Part shown: positions 1-10,454 of the stretch, piece by piece
Layout: the number at the start of each line of letters is the position of its first letter
Position numbering within the stretch: position 1 is the first letter of the stretch
Source: an uncultured Spartobacteria bacterium
GTDB taxonomy: Bacteria; Verrucomicrobiota; Verrucomicrobiia; Chthoniobacterales; JAATET01
Reading direction: 5' to 3'
Assembly (NCBI GenBank): GCA_937901895.1
Contig: CALGTD010000138.1
Location: forward strand, 47,679-111,678
Length of the DNA: 64,000 nucleotides
Notes under the pieces: generated by a model
The model's database searches: none
What the model saw: only the letters and a program-made list of their open reading frames with translations
Told to the model about the DNA's origin: nothing
Translations under genes and position numbers: made by a program

Positions 1-937
<937 letters not shown>

Positions 938-1009
938 TCTGGAGTCTTTGGATGAGAGTTGAGAGGCCCGTCCTCTCAACTCCCGGCTCCCAGCGATCAA
1001 CGTTTCCCA

Positions 1010-1420
1010 ATGGCCACTCTCAAACTCGAAATCGTCACGCCCGAGGCGAAGACCTACTCCGACGACGTGGATTCCGTCGTGATTCCCGGCATCGAAGGCG
1101 AGATGCAGGTGCTTCCGCAGCACATTCCGCTCATGACGAAGCTCGCGCCCGGCGAACTCCGTGTAATGAAGAGCGGACAGGAGGTCCGGCTCGCCGTGGG
1201 CGAGGGATTTGTCGAGGTCACGCAGGAAAGCGTCTCCGTGCTCACCGACATGGCGATCAACGAGAACGAGATCGACGAGTCCGCCGCGGAGGCCGCAATG
1301 AAGCGTGCGGAAGAGGCGCTCAAGAACGAGCACGTCAGCGCCGAGCAGCATGCAGCGCTGCAGGCCGCTCTGCAGAAGTCCATGGCGCAGCTCAAGGTGA
1401 AGCGCCGTCGCGTCGTCTGA
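1010..1420 (+). CDS. atpC: F0F1 ATP synthase subunit epsilon
   Basis: Begins MATLKLEIVTPE, typical of the epsilon N-terminal beta-sandwich, and sits immediately downstream of atpD. Start taken at the internal ATG (1010) of ORF 959..1420. Confidence 0.85.
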   Translation: MATLKLEIVTPEAKTYSDDVDSVVIPGIEGEMQVLPQHIPLMTKLAPGELRVMKSGQEVRLAVGEGFVEVTQESVSVLTDMAINENEIDESAAEAAMKRAEEALKNEHVSAEQHAALQAALQKSMAQLKVKRRRVV

Positions 1421-1472
1421 CCCCGAACAACTAATCGGCAATTAGCCGGGAGTCCGCTATCATTGGGACTGA

Positions 1473-2138
1473 ATGTTCAAGCCCCATGCCATCATAGCGG
1501 AGTATCTGGCCGAGCTTCTCGCAGCCGGAGGATTTGTGCTTGGTCAGGTGCAGGTGATGCCCGGCCCCGTGCTCAGGCACGTGGACGACACGGGAGTCCT
1601 GGAGATCGCCACCCGTCCGGAGGACGCCAGGGAGATCGCCAAATACGACGGGGAGGGAAACTATCGTCCGCTGAAAACCGCGCCGAATCTCCGTCGTGGG
1701 TGGGAACTGCGTCTCGAATCCCTCGACGATCTTCGTAGAGCACTCGACTTTTTTTATCCCGCCGCGCTGGGAACGTGGTTTGCGTTTCGACGGAACGAAC
1801 TGGTTCCCATCCATCTCCGGGAGACGCTGGGCCGGCAGACCGGACGTTACCGCGTCACCAATCTCGTGACCGATGAACAGGCGGGGGAGGCCATCCGCAA
1901 CCGCTGCAATTCCCGGACCGGTTGTCTGCGGCGCCAGCTCTGGCGGATTTCTCCGGAGATTCAGAGTCCGTTCACGGAGGATCCCTCGGAGATCAAGTTC
2001 GACGGGTCGTTGCCCATTCTGTGCGTGGAGGCATGCAATCTCCTGGTCGCGGACATTCGTCCGATCGCGAAGCAGAATGTGCAGAACCCTTCGCGACGCG
2101 CGGACGGGGGCTCACTGGAACGCGAAGGGGTTTCGTGA
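1473..2138 (+). CDS. hypothetical protein of unknown family
   Basis: 221-aa ORF with coding-like composition. Its stop overlaps the next gene's GTG start (GTGA). No family recognised from the sequence. Confidence 0.45.
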   Translation: MFKPHAIIAEYLAELLAAGGFVLGQVQVMPGPVLRHVDDTGVLEIATRPEDAREIAKYDGEGNYRPLKTAPNLRRGWELRLESLDDLRRALDFFYPAALGTWFAFRRNELVPIHLRETLGRQTGRYRVTNLVTDEQAGEAIRNRCNSRTGCLRRQLWRISPEIQSPFTEDPSEIKFDGSLPILCVEACNLLVADIRPIAKQNVQNPSRRADGGSLEREGVS

Positions 2139-3352
2139 CGATTCACCGCGCCCGCATTGTTTTGCCGCTGGCGTCGCCGGCCATTGAGGATGGAGCCGTC
2201 GCAGTCCGGGACAGTCGCATCGAGGCGGTGGGGCGTTTCGCAGACCTCCGCACGGCATTTTCCGGTGCGGACGTCGTTGATCACGGCGATGCGATTCTTC
2301 TCCCCGGGCTGATCAATGCGCACTGTCACCTCGATTTCACCGTGATGCGCGGTGCGATCCTTTCGACAGGCAGCTTCTCCGCGTGGGTCCGGCGGATCAA
2401 CGAGGTCAAGCGCACCCTGAGCGATGACGACTACCTGAAATCCGTTTCCGACGGACTCGAGGAATTGCGAAAATGGGGAACGACCACCGTGCTGAACATC
2501 GAGTCGTTTCCCGAGCTCATGGTGCGCATGCCGCCGCCGATCGTGCGCACATGGTGGTTCTACGAGCTTCTCGATATCCGTTCGCGCATTCACACCGAGG
2601 ATGTCGTGGCTGGGGCGCTGACGTTCTTCGAGCAGCATCCGACGTGGCATGGAGGGTTCGGACTCTCCCCACACGCGCCCTACACGACGTCCATCGAGCT
2701 GTATCAGCTCGCGCGTTTTTGCACGGAGAAATACGGCATGCCGTTCACCACGCATCTCGCGGAGTCCGACGAGGAGATGGAGATGTTCGCGCAGGGGTCT
2801 GGACCGCTCTTTGATTTCCTGAAATCCCTCGGTCGCGACATGCGCGACTGCGGCCGAAAGTCCCCGATCCGTCTTCTGCTGGAAGCCGAGGCGCTGCCCC
2901 GCGGGGCGATTCTCGCCCACATGAACCAGCTCGCACCCGGCGATGAGGAAATGCTGGCGAACAAGTCGGGAATCTTCTCGATCGTGCACTGTCCGAACTG
3001 CCACGAGTATTTCGGGCGCGCGCCGTTCCCGTTCGAGACCCATCGACGGCTTGGTTTTCGTGTGAGTCTCGGCACCGACAGCTGTGCGAGCAATCGCGGG
3101 CTGAACCTGTTCGATGAGATGCGAACCTTCCGGCGAAATTTTCCAGACGTTTCGCCCGCGGAGATTCTCGACATGGCGACGCGCAATCCGGGCGCGGCGA
3201 TCGGTGGCGGCATTGGTGAACTGCGACCCGGATTCCGCGCGGATTTCATTGCAATTCCCTACGCGGGCTCGGTGAACGATGCGATCGAGGCGGTCGTGGA
3301 CAGTCGCACCCCGCCCATGGCCGTTTATCTCAACGGACGTCAGAGCGCGTAG
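2135..3352 (+). CDS. amidohydrolase-family metal-dependent deaminase (MtaD / aminofutalosine deaminase-like)
   Basis: LPGLINAHCHLDF metal-binding motif of the amidohydrolase superfamily and a C-terminal GTDS motif. GTG start at 2135 overlaps the upstream stop. Confidence 0.8.
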   Translation: MTIHRARIVLPLASPAIEDGAVAVRDSRIEAVGRFADLRTAFSGADVVDHGDAILLPGLINAHCHLDFTVMRGAILSTGSFSAWVRRINEVKRTLSDDDYLKSVSDGLEELRKWGTTTVLNIESFPELMVRMPPPIVRTWWFYELLDIRSRIHTEDVVAGALTFFEQHPTWHGGFGLSPHAPYTTSIELYQLARFCTEKYGMPFTTHLAESDEEMEMFAQGSGPLFDFLKSLGRDMRDCGRKSPIRLLLEAEALPRGAILAHMNQLAPGDEEMLANKSGIFSIVHCPNCHEYFGRAPFPFETHRRLGFRVSLGTDSCASNRGLNLFDEMRTFRRNFPDVSPAEILDMATRNPGAAIGGGIGELRPGFRADFIAIPYAGSVNDAIEAVVDSRTPPMAVYLNGRQSA

Positions 3353-5592
3353 TCGCCGATGTAGAGGGGGAGACGAAGCTTTGCCGCCTGCTTGCGCGCA
3401 ACGATGAAATCCCGCCCGGCCTCCTCATAGCGGGCGGAGAGTCCGAGAATGCGCAGGACGTCGATCGGCTCGTATCCGTGTTCGAGCATCCAGATGCGAA
3501 GCCTGCCGACCCACGAGATCCAGCGTTCGAGCAGATCTTCGATGGCTCCGCCGTCCAGCGTGGCGAGGTCGCCCTTGCGAAGCCCGGCGAGGTGCGAATC
3601 GATCTGCCGGTTGAACTCGGCCTCGAGCTCTCGAAGGAGTCTGGATGCCTCCGGTTTGTGCTCCTTTGGAATCAACGGGTCGAGTTTTCCGACGGTCACG
3701 AGGAGATGGCCGCCGACGCGCTGAAGCGAATGGAGATACGCCTCGAGCTGCTCAGGCTCGCCGGCCGGGCAAAGCGGCTCCCTCAGGACGTGAATGCGCT
3801 GCAGGGTTTCGCCTGGGATCAGGGCCAGCCTGACCCGTTTCCAGAATGGCACGGATTGCGGCCCCTGTTCCACGATTGCGCGGCACGTGCGCAGGAACTC
3901 GATGAACCGGTCCCGCATCTCCCACTGCGGCAGGGACGGCCACAGGGTTCGCTGGATGAGGGCGGACAGGATCTGCGCGAGCACGATGCCGAGAAAGAAA
4001 TCCATGATGGATTGGAACGGAATCGGTCGCTGTCCGTTCAGGGCGAGGATTCCGACGGAGGCAAGCATCGCGAGCTGCATGGGAATGGTCATGCCGCGCG
4101 TGGAATAGGTCAGATAGCCCCACACGAACAGCCATGTGAAGATCACGGTGTTCATCACCGCATAGCTGGAGAGCATTGGCCGCGCTGCGATGAGAATGAG
4201 CGAAAGGGCGAGCATCGCTGCGACGTTGTAGGCCGCGTAGTGAAAGGATCGCCGGTCGCCCTGCCCGCCGGGACTCGTGGCATCGAGAGCAGTGAAGACC
4301 CACGCGCCAAGGACGAACATCGTGCCGCCGGGAATATGCGCCCAATTGTCGATCAGCAGGGCGGCGACGACAGCGATCGCGGATTTCACGCCCGTTTTCA
4401 TCCAGAATGGCGGAGGAGTCGGAGGAGCGAACGGCTCCGTCTCGACAGAGCGCTGGGTGGGGTCTGCGGGCAACGAGTCGAGCAGCTCGTGTGCACGCTT
4501 GATCTGGTCGCGGAGGTCGAGAAGCGCCGTGACATGAATGCCGAGGGACATCGCGATCCTGGGATCGACACCGCGCATTCCCTCCGTCTCCCGAATGTCC
4601 GAGAGCCGTCGGTCGAGCGCCTGCACGGCGTCTTCGAGAGCCTCGCGCCGGGCACGGCGGGAATCCACCGTGGAGTCCTCCCGTGAAAGTTCGTCGAGCG
4701 ATGCTGTGATTCGATCATGCAGTGCGCGCAGTTCGCCGGAGACCTCCTGCCGGTAGACCGAGTCACTCGGGAGGGTTCTGCCGAGGGTGACAATCGCCGA
4801 CGCGATGCGCGACACGCACGTCGCAATCTCGGAATACGTGGGCAGCCGGGCGCGGAAATAGCTGCTTTCCCGCGCTCCGAAATCGAGGAGGCCGCGCAGG
4901 GCGGTGACCCGCGAGGGAAACCCTTCCGCGCGGCGCACAGCCTCCGCGTTGTGGCCGTCGAAAATGACCGGTGCGCTTTCGGCGAAGCAGTTTCGAAGAT
5001 CGGCGAAGGCCGACCGCACATTCTGCCCGAACTCCACCCGTGCGAAGCGCGGCCATAACAGCGACTGGACGACGATCACCGACAGGATGCCGACGCTGAC
5101 CTCTTCGATACGCAGCAGCATGAACCACCACGAGTGGTCCGGGTCGCTCATGCCGTTGCTCACGACGACGACCATCGTCAGCGCGCACAGCAGGAATGCA
5201 TAGGGATACTTGCTCTGGCCGAACATCGCAGTGGCCGCGCCCACGACAAGACCCACAAGTGTCAGAAAGATGACCGGATTCTGCTGGAACGTTGCGGTGA
5301 TCAGGTATCCGAGCACGCCGCCGACTGTGGTGCCAATGATGCGGAAGATCGATTTCTCGGCGATCGCGCCGACGTAATGCGCGATCATGAGCACGTAGAC
5401 GGTGAAGAGCGCCCAGGTCGGCTCCTGCAGGCGGACGACGAGTGAGAGAAACACCGCCAGCATGCCGGCGAGCCCGAACTTCAATCCGTAGCGGATTGCG
5501 CCGTCGGCAAAGAAATTCCGAACCGCTGTCAGGGCGCGCGCCATGGCGGTATGCAACATGCCGGAAGCTTTCCGCCGCAAGCAAATCTCCAT
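3340..5592 (-). CDS. FUSC-family aromatic acid / fusaric-acid-resistance efflux protein (AaeB-like)
   Basis: 750-aa protein with two multi-helix membrane blocks separated by a helical cytoplasmic region. The N-terminal FUSC signature (FGLAGMLAVFLSLVVRLQEPTWALFTVYVLM) is present. The exact start is uncertain. Confidence 0.85.
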   Translation of the reverse strand: MEICLRRKASGMLHTAMARALTAVRNFFADGAIRYGLKFGLAGMLAVFLSLVVRLQEPTWALFTVYVLMIAHYVGAIAEKSIFRIIGTTVGGVLGYLITATFQQNPVIFLTLVGLVVGAATAMFGQSKYPYAFLLCALTMVVVVSNGMSDPDHSWWFMLLRIEEVSVGILSVIVVQSLLWPRFARVEFGQNVRSAFADLRNCFAESAPVIFDGHNAEAVRRAEGFPSRVTALRGLLDFGARESSYFRARLPTYSEIATCVSRIASAIVTLGRTLPSDSVYRQEVSGELRALHDRITASLDELSREDSTVDSRRARREALEDAVQALDRRLSDIRETEGMRGVDPRIAMSLGIHVTALLDLRDQIKRAHELLDSLPADPTQRSVETEPFAPPTPPPFWMKTGVKSAIAVVAALLIDNWAHIPGGTMFVLGAWVFTALDATSPGGQGDRRSFHYAAYNVAAMLALSLILIAARPMLSSYAVMNTVIFTWLFVWGYLTYSTRGMTIPMQLAMLASVGILALNGQRPIPFQSIMDFFLGIVLAQILSALIQRTLWPSLPQWEMRDRFIEFLRTCRAIVEQGPQSVPFWKRVRLALIPGETLQRIHVLREPLCPAGEPEQLEAYLHSLQRVGGHLLVTVGKLDPLIPKEHKPEASRLLRELEAEFNRQIDSHLAGLRKGDLATLDGGAIEDLLERWISWVGRLRIWMLEHGYEPIDVLRILGLSARYEEAGRDFIVARKQAAKLRLPLYIGDYAL

Positions 5593-5658
5593 GGAGCCGG
5601 ACCGCTTCGGCGAACGCTCGCGCTTGCGCGGCGGTCGCGGAAATGGAAACTGGTCGCC

Positions 5659-5880
5659 ATGTCGTGGCTCGACCAGCTTCGCACGCCGGAGATCCGGATC
5701 GGCGAATTTCTGATTCCCTGGGGAATGATGGTAAGCACGCTGGGATTTCTCGCTGCGTGGTTCCTCGTTTCACTCGCCGAGCGCCTTTGCTGGACGCGGC
5801 ATGTCTGGCAGCTCCCTGCATTCTTCATTGCGCTTGCGGTCTTTCTTGGCTGTCTTTTCGGTCTCGTTCTCGCCCCGTGA
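5659..5880 (+). CDS. DUF1656 small membrane protein (AaeX-like)
   Basis: 73-aa protein with two transmembrane helices (MSWLDQLRTPEIRIGEFLIPWGMMV...). Its stop overlaps the GTG start of the downstream HlyD gene, the usual aaeX-aaeA arrangement. Confidence 0.6.
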   Translation: MSWLDQLRTPEIRIGEFLIPWGMMVSTLGFLAAWFLVSLAERLCWTRHVWQLPAFFIALAVFLGCLFGLVLAP

Positions 5881-6743
5881 CAAAATCGATTTCGAAATAT
5901 CTCGTCACGTGCACGGCGATCGCACTCGCCGTGGTCGCGGCGTTGTTGATGTATGACCGCTACACGACGCGGCCATGGACCCGGGATGCACAGGTTCGCG
6001 CAAATGTCGTTGGCATCGCGGCGCGCGTTGCCGGACCGATCATCCAGATTCCAGTGAAGGACAACCAGGCGGTAAAGAAGGGCGACCTCCTTTTCGAGAT
6101 CGACCCCGCCCCGTTCCAGGCGACCCTCGCCAACGCCAAAGCGAAGCTGCAGCAGGCCGAGGCCGCGCGGCTTCAGGCCGAGCAGGATCTGCAGCGGATG
6201 ACCGAGCTCTACAAGACCCAGGTCGTGGACCAGAAGGCGTATCAGGATGCGCAGGACAACTACGCCGCCGCCGAGGCAAACGTCGCGGCCGCCCAGGCCG
6301 ACGTCGTGACCGCCCAGCTGAATCTCGACTACACGAAAGTGGTGGCTCCCGTGGACGGATACCTCACGAATGTGAACACGAGTCCTGGCACTTACGTCTA
6401 CGGCGGTCAGCAGCTCCTCGCACTCGTGGATTCCAGCTCGTTCTGGATCGCAGCGTATTTCAAGGAAACGCAGCTCAAGCATGTCAACGAAGGCGACCGT
6501 GTGCGGCTGACGTTGATGGGCCACCCGGAGCAGCCCTTCGAGGGCGAGGTCAGAAGCATCGGGTGGGGAATTTTCCTCGAGGACGGCTCGACGTCGTCGG
6601 AGGATCTGCTGCCGATCGTGAGCCAGACGATCGATTGGGTGCGTCTGCCGCAGCGCTTTCCCGTGCGGATTCATGTAACCGGGCAACCGCCGATTCCACT
6701 GCGGATCGGGCAGACGGTGTCCGCCGGAATTCAGGGGAAGTAG
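5877..6743 (+). CDS. HlyD-family efflux periplasmic adaptor (AaeA-like)
   Basis: N-terminal transmembrane anchor, a coiled coil (QATLANAKAKLQQAEAARLQAEQDLQRM), then the beta-barrel region typical of HlyD/EmrA membrane fusion proteins. Confidence 0.8.
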   Translation: MTKSISKYLVTCTAIALAVVAALLMYDRYTTRPWTRDAQVRANVVGIAARVAGPIIQIPVKDNQAVKKGDLLFEIDPAPFQATLANAKAKLQQAEAARLQAEQDLQRMTELYKTQVVDQKAYQDAQDNYAAAEANVAAAQADVVTAQLNLDYTKVVAPVDGYLTNVNTSPGTYVYGGQQLLALVDSSSFWIAAYFKETQLKHVNEGDRVRLTLMGHPEQPFEGEVRSIGWGIFLEDGSTSSEDLLPIVSQTIDWVRLPQRFPVRIHVTGQPPIPLRIGQTVSAGIQGK

Positions 6744-6775
6744 CGTCCCGCACTGCCCCTGAGCCCCTGCCGACG

Positions 6776-8026
6776 CTAGGGGCGCATGTAGGGGGTGTGG
6801 CAGAAGATCCAGTTCGCGAAGCCGTTGATCGCGATCGAGACGGCGATCAACGCCGGCGCCCAGCCGATCTTCTTTCGAGGTTCGCCTTCGAGGAGGAGGA
6901 CGAGCAACCACGGAAACAGGACGCTCGCATAGCGGTAGGACACCTGCCAGCCGCCGGGATTGCCGTGAATCCAGAGAAGGAATGTGAGCATGGCAACGGC
7001 GGTCCAGCACGCGACGCGCATCGTCGGGTTACCGCGGCGGATGCGGAATAGCACGAGCAGGAGGAAGGGCGAGTAAAGGAACAGCGAGCCACCCCAGCCG
7101 GTGGGAACCAGCCACGGAAATTCGGGGAGTTGTCTCCACGGCTCGATGAGCATCGCGTAGGCGTTCCGCGGGATGGCGGAAAGTGCGAAGATGCCGTCGC
7201 GATACCATGGCTCCTCGAGAACCCCCGGGATGCGTGCGTAGCCAAAATCGAAGGGTGTGCCGAAGCGTGCGGCATTGTAGGCGAGCGTGGCCACGCCGAG
7301 AAGGAAGGGCACGATCGAGAACAGAACGATACGGCGCAGCCAGTCCGGCGGGCGCTGGCCGAGGAGAAGGAAGTAGAGAATCGGCGCCGTGAGAAGAATC
7401 TCCGTGCGGTTGCCGAACCCGAGTGCGAAGAAGGCGCCGGCGAGAAACGGCCGTGGCGTTCCCGTCGAGAAATAGATCGCGCCAAGCGTGCCAAGGACGG
7501 CGAAACCGAGAGCCATCTGCCAGGCGCCGCCGTAGGACAGGTTCGGCCACAGGCACGTCGCGAAGAGCGGCGTGAACGCGAAGAGAATCTTCTTCCAGGC
7601 CGGCAGACCATGACGACCCGCGAGCGCGTATGCAAAGGCCGCGATGCCGGCAGCGATGAGCGACAGGAATCCCCGGAGAAGCAGAAACTGAGTCGCCTTT
7701 TGCTCCGGCACCCCGAACCAGAAGTTGTCGTGATTGCGTGTCGGGATGGCGAGTGGCATCGCGCTCAGGACGCTGCCGAGGGGGAAGACACTGAAATAGC
7801 GGCCGTCGTGGGGAACCATCTCGTTCAACCACGGCGGGGGTTGGACTCCCGTGCCTGTGGAACCGTCGAGCAGCCAGACGGCGACGCGGCGCGTGTAGTC
7901 ATACTCCGCATGCGGGGACGGTGTGGAGAACCACATGATCCCGAAGGCACATCCGGCGACGAGAACGACCTGCAGGGGGAAGGGAAGCCGTGCCATTCCG
8001 GGAAATCTCCACGCCGCCGCGTGCAC
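6776..8026 (-). CDS. polytopic membrane protein, probably a GT-C-type glycosyltransferase (DUF2029/ArnT-like)
   Basis: At least 10 predicted transmembrane helices, with conserved aromatic- and proline-rich loops. The start may instead be the internal MARLPF. Confidence 0.55.
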   Translation of the reverse strand: MHAAAWRFPGMARLPFPLQVVLVAGCAFGIMWFSTPSPHAEYDYTRRVAVWLLDGSTGTGVQPPPWLNEMVPHDGRYFSVFPLGSVLSAMPLAIPTRNHDNFWFGVPEQKATQFLLLRGFLSLIAAGIAAFAYALAGRHGLPAWKKILFAFTPLFATCLWPNLSYGGAWQMALGFAVLGTLGAIYFSTGTPRPFLAGAFFALGFGNRTEILLTAPILYFLLLGQRPPDWLRRIVLFSIVPFLLGVATLAYNAARFGTPFDFGYARIPGVLEEPWYRDGIFALSAIPRNAYAMLIEPWRQLPEFPWLVPTGWGGSLFLYSPFLLLVLFRIRRGNPTMRVACWTAVAMLTFLLWIHGNPGGWQVSYRYASVLFPWLLVLLLEGEPRKKIGWAPALIAVSIAINGFANWIFCHTPYMRP

Positions 8027-8485
8027 GAGGCAAGCTCGTTGTCATCCGGCCTCGCAACGGGTGGAACCCTCGCGCCGATGGAATCCGGCGCGGTGAATGC
8101 CTGGAATACCGACCGGTGAGCTGGGTCTGGTTCTGCGGGTAGCAGACCCGGTGACGAGTTTTTCGGAACCGACTGGGTCAGGCTCATTCCCTTTGACGAA
8201 GGTCACGCGTTATCGATCCTTGCATCCGCATCTTCGGGGCACTGGCGTCAATCGGAGGCGAGCGGCCGTTGCGGGCGAACCCCAGAGCTCCCGCCGCAGA
8301 AGAGGATTCCGGGCGGCGGGCACGATCGTGCATCGGGTTTTCGGCAAGCACTCCTTCGATGGGATGAGGATGTGCTGGAGTTCATCTGGAATCCGGAAGT
8401 CAGGAATCCGGGCCTGTCTGGTGCAGAACACCACGGGTATTTTCCCTTTCCGGTGGCCATGCGATTGGCTATAGCCCGCGACATG

Positions 8486-8806
8486 TCCTCCCCCGACAAT
8501 GCACCGGCCGCGCCGGATTGGGACGCCATCGCCCGCGATCCGGCATTCAGGATCCTCCTTGCGGACAAGATCAAGTTCCTCGTTCCTGCGACGATTTTCT
8601 TCGTCATCTATTACTTCGCGCTGCCCGTGCTCGTGGGCTTTTATCCGGAGTTCATGAGCCGGGAGGTATTCGGCTCGCTGAATCTCGCGTATCTGTTTGC
8701 GCTCTCGCAGTTCTTCATGGCGTGGATCCTTGCGGGGCTCTACGTCGTTGTGGCGCGGCGCTGGGATCGCGATTCCGACGCTGTCTTGAAGAAGCTTGGA
8801 CGATGA
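8486..8806 (+). CDS. DUF485 inner-membrane protein (YjcH-like)
   Basis: 106-aa protein with two transmembrane helices. Its stop overlaps the ATG of the downstream ActP-like symporter (ATGATG/TGA), the canonical yjcH-actP pairing. Confidence 0.7.
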   Translation, partial: SSPDNAPAAPDWDAIARDPAFRILLADKIKFLVPATIFFVIYYFALPVLVGFYPEFMSREVFGSLNLAYLFALSQFFMAWILAGLYVVVARRWDRDSDAVLKKLGR

Positions 8807-10395
8807 TGCCGCTTTTTTTCGCCCAGGCAGATCCCCCGGCGCAAACCGACCGGGTCGCGCTATTCATGTTCCTGGCGTTCGTCGCGGCGACGCTGGTGAT
8901 CACGTATTTCAGTGCGCGTAAATCGAAGGGCTCGAGCGCGTATTTCGCGGCGGGCCGGCGCATCACCGGATGGCAGAACGGCCTGGCCGTCGCGGGCGAC
9001 TATATGAGCGCGGCGAGCTTTCTCGGCATCGCGGGCATGATCGCACTGAATGGCTACGACGGCTTCATGTATTCCGTAGGGTTTCTTGTCGCCTATCTCA
9101 CGGTGCTCTTCATCGTCGCGGAGCCGCTCCGCAACGCGGGCAAATACACGATGGCGGACCTTCTCGCATATCGGCTGAAACCCCGGCCGGTTCGCGCGAT
9201 GGCCTCGCTGAGCACGCTTACGGTTTCGATCTTCTACATGATCGCGCAGATGGTGGGCGCGGGAGCTCTCGTGAAGCTTCTGCTTCCCGCCATCAGCTAC
9301 GAGCAGGCGGTGATCGGAGTCGGTGTGCTGATGGTCGTCTACGTCGTGTTTGGCGGAATGATCGCCACGACCTGGGTGCAGATCATCAAGGCAGTGCTTC
9401 TCATGAGCGGCAGCATCTTCCTGAGCATCCTCGTGATGGCGAAGTTCGACTTCAGCGTGATGAAGTTCTTCGATTCGCTGACCGCGATTTCATCGACCGC
9501 CGCGGATGGCACTGAGGTAACGCGCAACTTCCTCACGCCCGGCTTGCTCTTCAAGAACCCGTGGGACCAGATCTCGCTCGGGCTTGCGCTCGTGTTCGGC
9601 ACGGCGGGCCTGCCGCACATCCTGATCCGCTTCTACACGGTTCCCGACGCGCGCACGGCGCGGTCGAGCGTCGTGTGGGCGATGGTGATCATCGGCCTGT
9701 TCTACATCATGACGACGTTCTTCGGGTTCGGCGCTGCGAGCCTGCTCGGGCCGGACTTCATCAACGCCCATGGCGGGACAAACATGGCGGCCCCGGAACT
9801 TGCGCGCGCACTGGGCGGCAACATTTTCTTTGCGTTCATCAGCGCGGTGGCATTTGCGACGATCCTTGCCGTCGTCGCCGGACTCACGATCAGCGCGAGC
9901 ACGAGCTTTGCGCACGATTTTTTCACGAACGTCATTCATCACGGTCGAGAACACCGGCCTGGCGAGGAGGTGCGTGTCGCGCGCATCACCGCGTTTGTTG
10001 TTGGTGCGCTCTCGATTGGAATTGCGATCATCCTCGGGCCGACGGTGAACGTTGCCTTCCTTGTCGGACTGGCCTTCGCCGTGGCGGCCAGTGCGAATCT
10101 TCCCGCGATCGTGCTGTCGATTTTCTGGAAGCGCTTCAACACGACCGGTGCGGTGTGCGGCCTTGGGGTCGGACTGGTCTCGAGCATAGCGCTCATTCTG
10201 GTCAGTCCCGACTTCATGAAGGAGAATCCGATCTTTCCGCTGAAGAATCCGGCGCTGCTCAGCATGCCGCTGGGCTTTCTCGGTGCGATCCTAGGCACGC
10301 TCTTTACCCACGAGCCTTCGTCGGAGGACAAGTTCACCGAACTCGAAGTCCGCGCGAACACCGGGCTTGGCGCGGAGAAGGCGACGGAACATTGA
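8803..10395 (+). CDS. actP: cation/acetate symporter of the sodium:solute symporter family
   Basis: 530-aa SSS-family permease (GRRITGWQNGLAVAGDYMSAASFLGIAG...). Partnered with DUF485 directly upstream. Confidence 0.8.
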   Translation: MMPLFFAQADPPAQTDRVALFMFLAFVAATLVITYFSARKSKGSSAYFAAGRRITGWQNGLAVAGDYMSAASFLGIAGMIALNGYDGFMYSVGFLVAYLTVLFIVAEPLRNAGKYTMADLLAYRLKPRPVRAMASLSTLTVSIFYMIAQMVGAGALVKLLLPAISYEQAVIGVGVLMVVYVVFGGMIATTWVQIIKAVLLMSGSIFLSILVMAKFDFSVMKFFDSLTAISSTAADGTEVTRNFLTPGLLFKNPWDQISLGLALVFGTAGLPHILIRFYTVPDARTARSSVVWAMVIIGLFYIMTTFFGFGAASLLGPDFINAHGGTNMAAPELARALGGNIFFAFISAVAFATILAVVAGLTISASTSFAHDFFTNVIHHGREHRPGEEVRVARITAFVVGALSIGIAIILGPTVNVAFLVGLAFAVAASANLPAIVLSIFWKRFNTTGAVCGLGVGLVSSIALILVSPDFMKENPIFPLKNPALLSMPLGFLGAILGTLFTHEPSSEDKFTELEVRANTGLGAEKATEH

Positions 10396-10454
10396 GACGT
10401 CGTTCGCGGGTTCGACCGCTCGACATTTTAGCGCGTCGGGATCACAGTCCGGGC

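Noticed and set aside
5877-5880. Recurrent 4-nt start/stop overlaps (ATGA/GTGA) at 2135, 5877, 8803, 42321, 43694, 51659 and 59627.
   Set aside because: This is a genome-wide translational-coupling style in compact high-GC genomes, not a feature in itself. It was used only as supporting evidence for operon structure.
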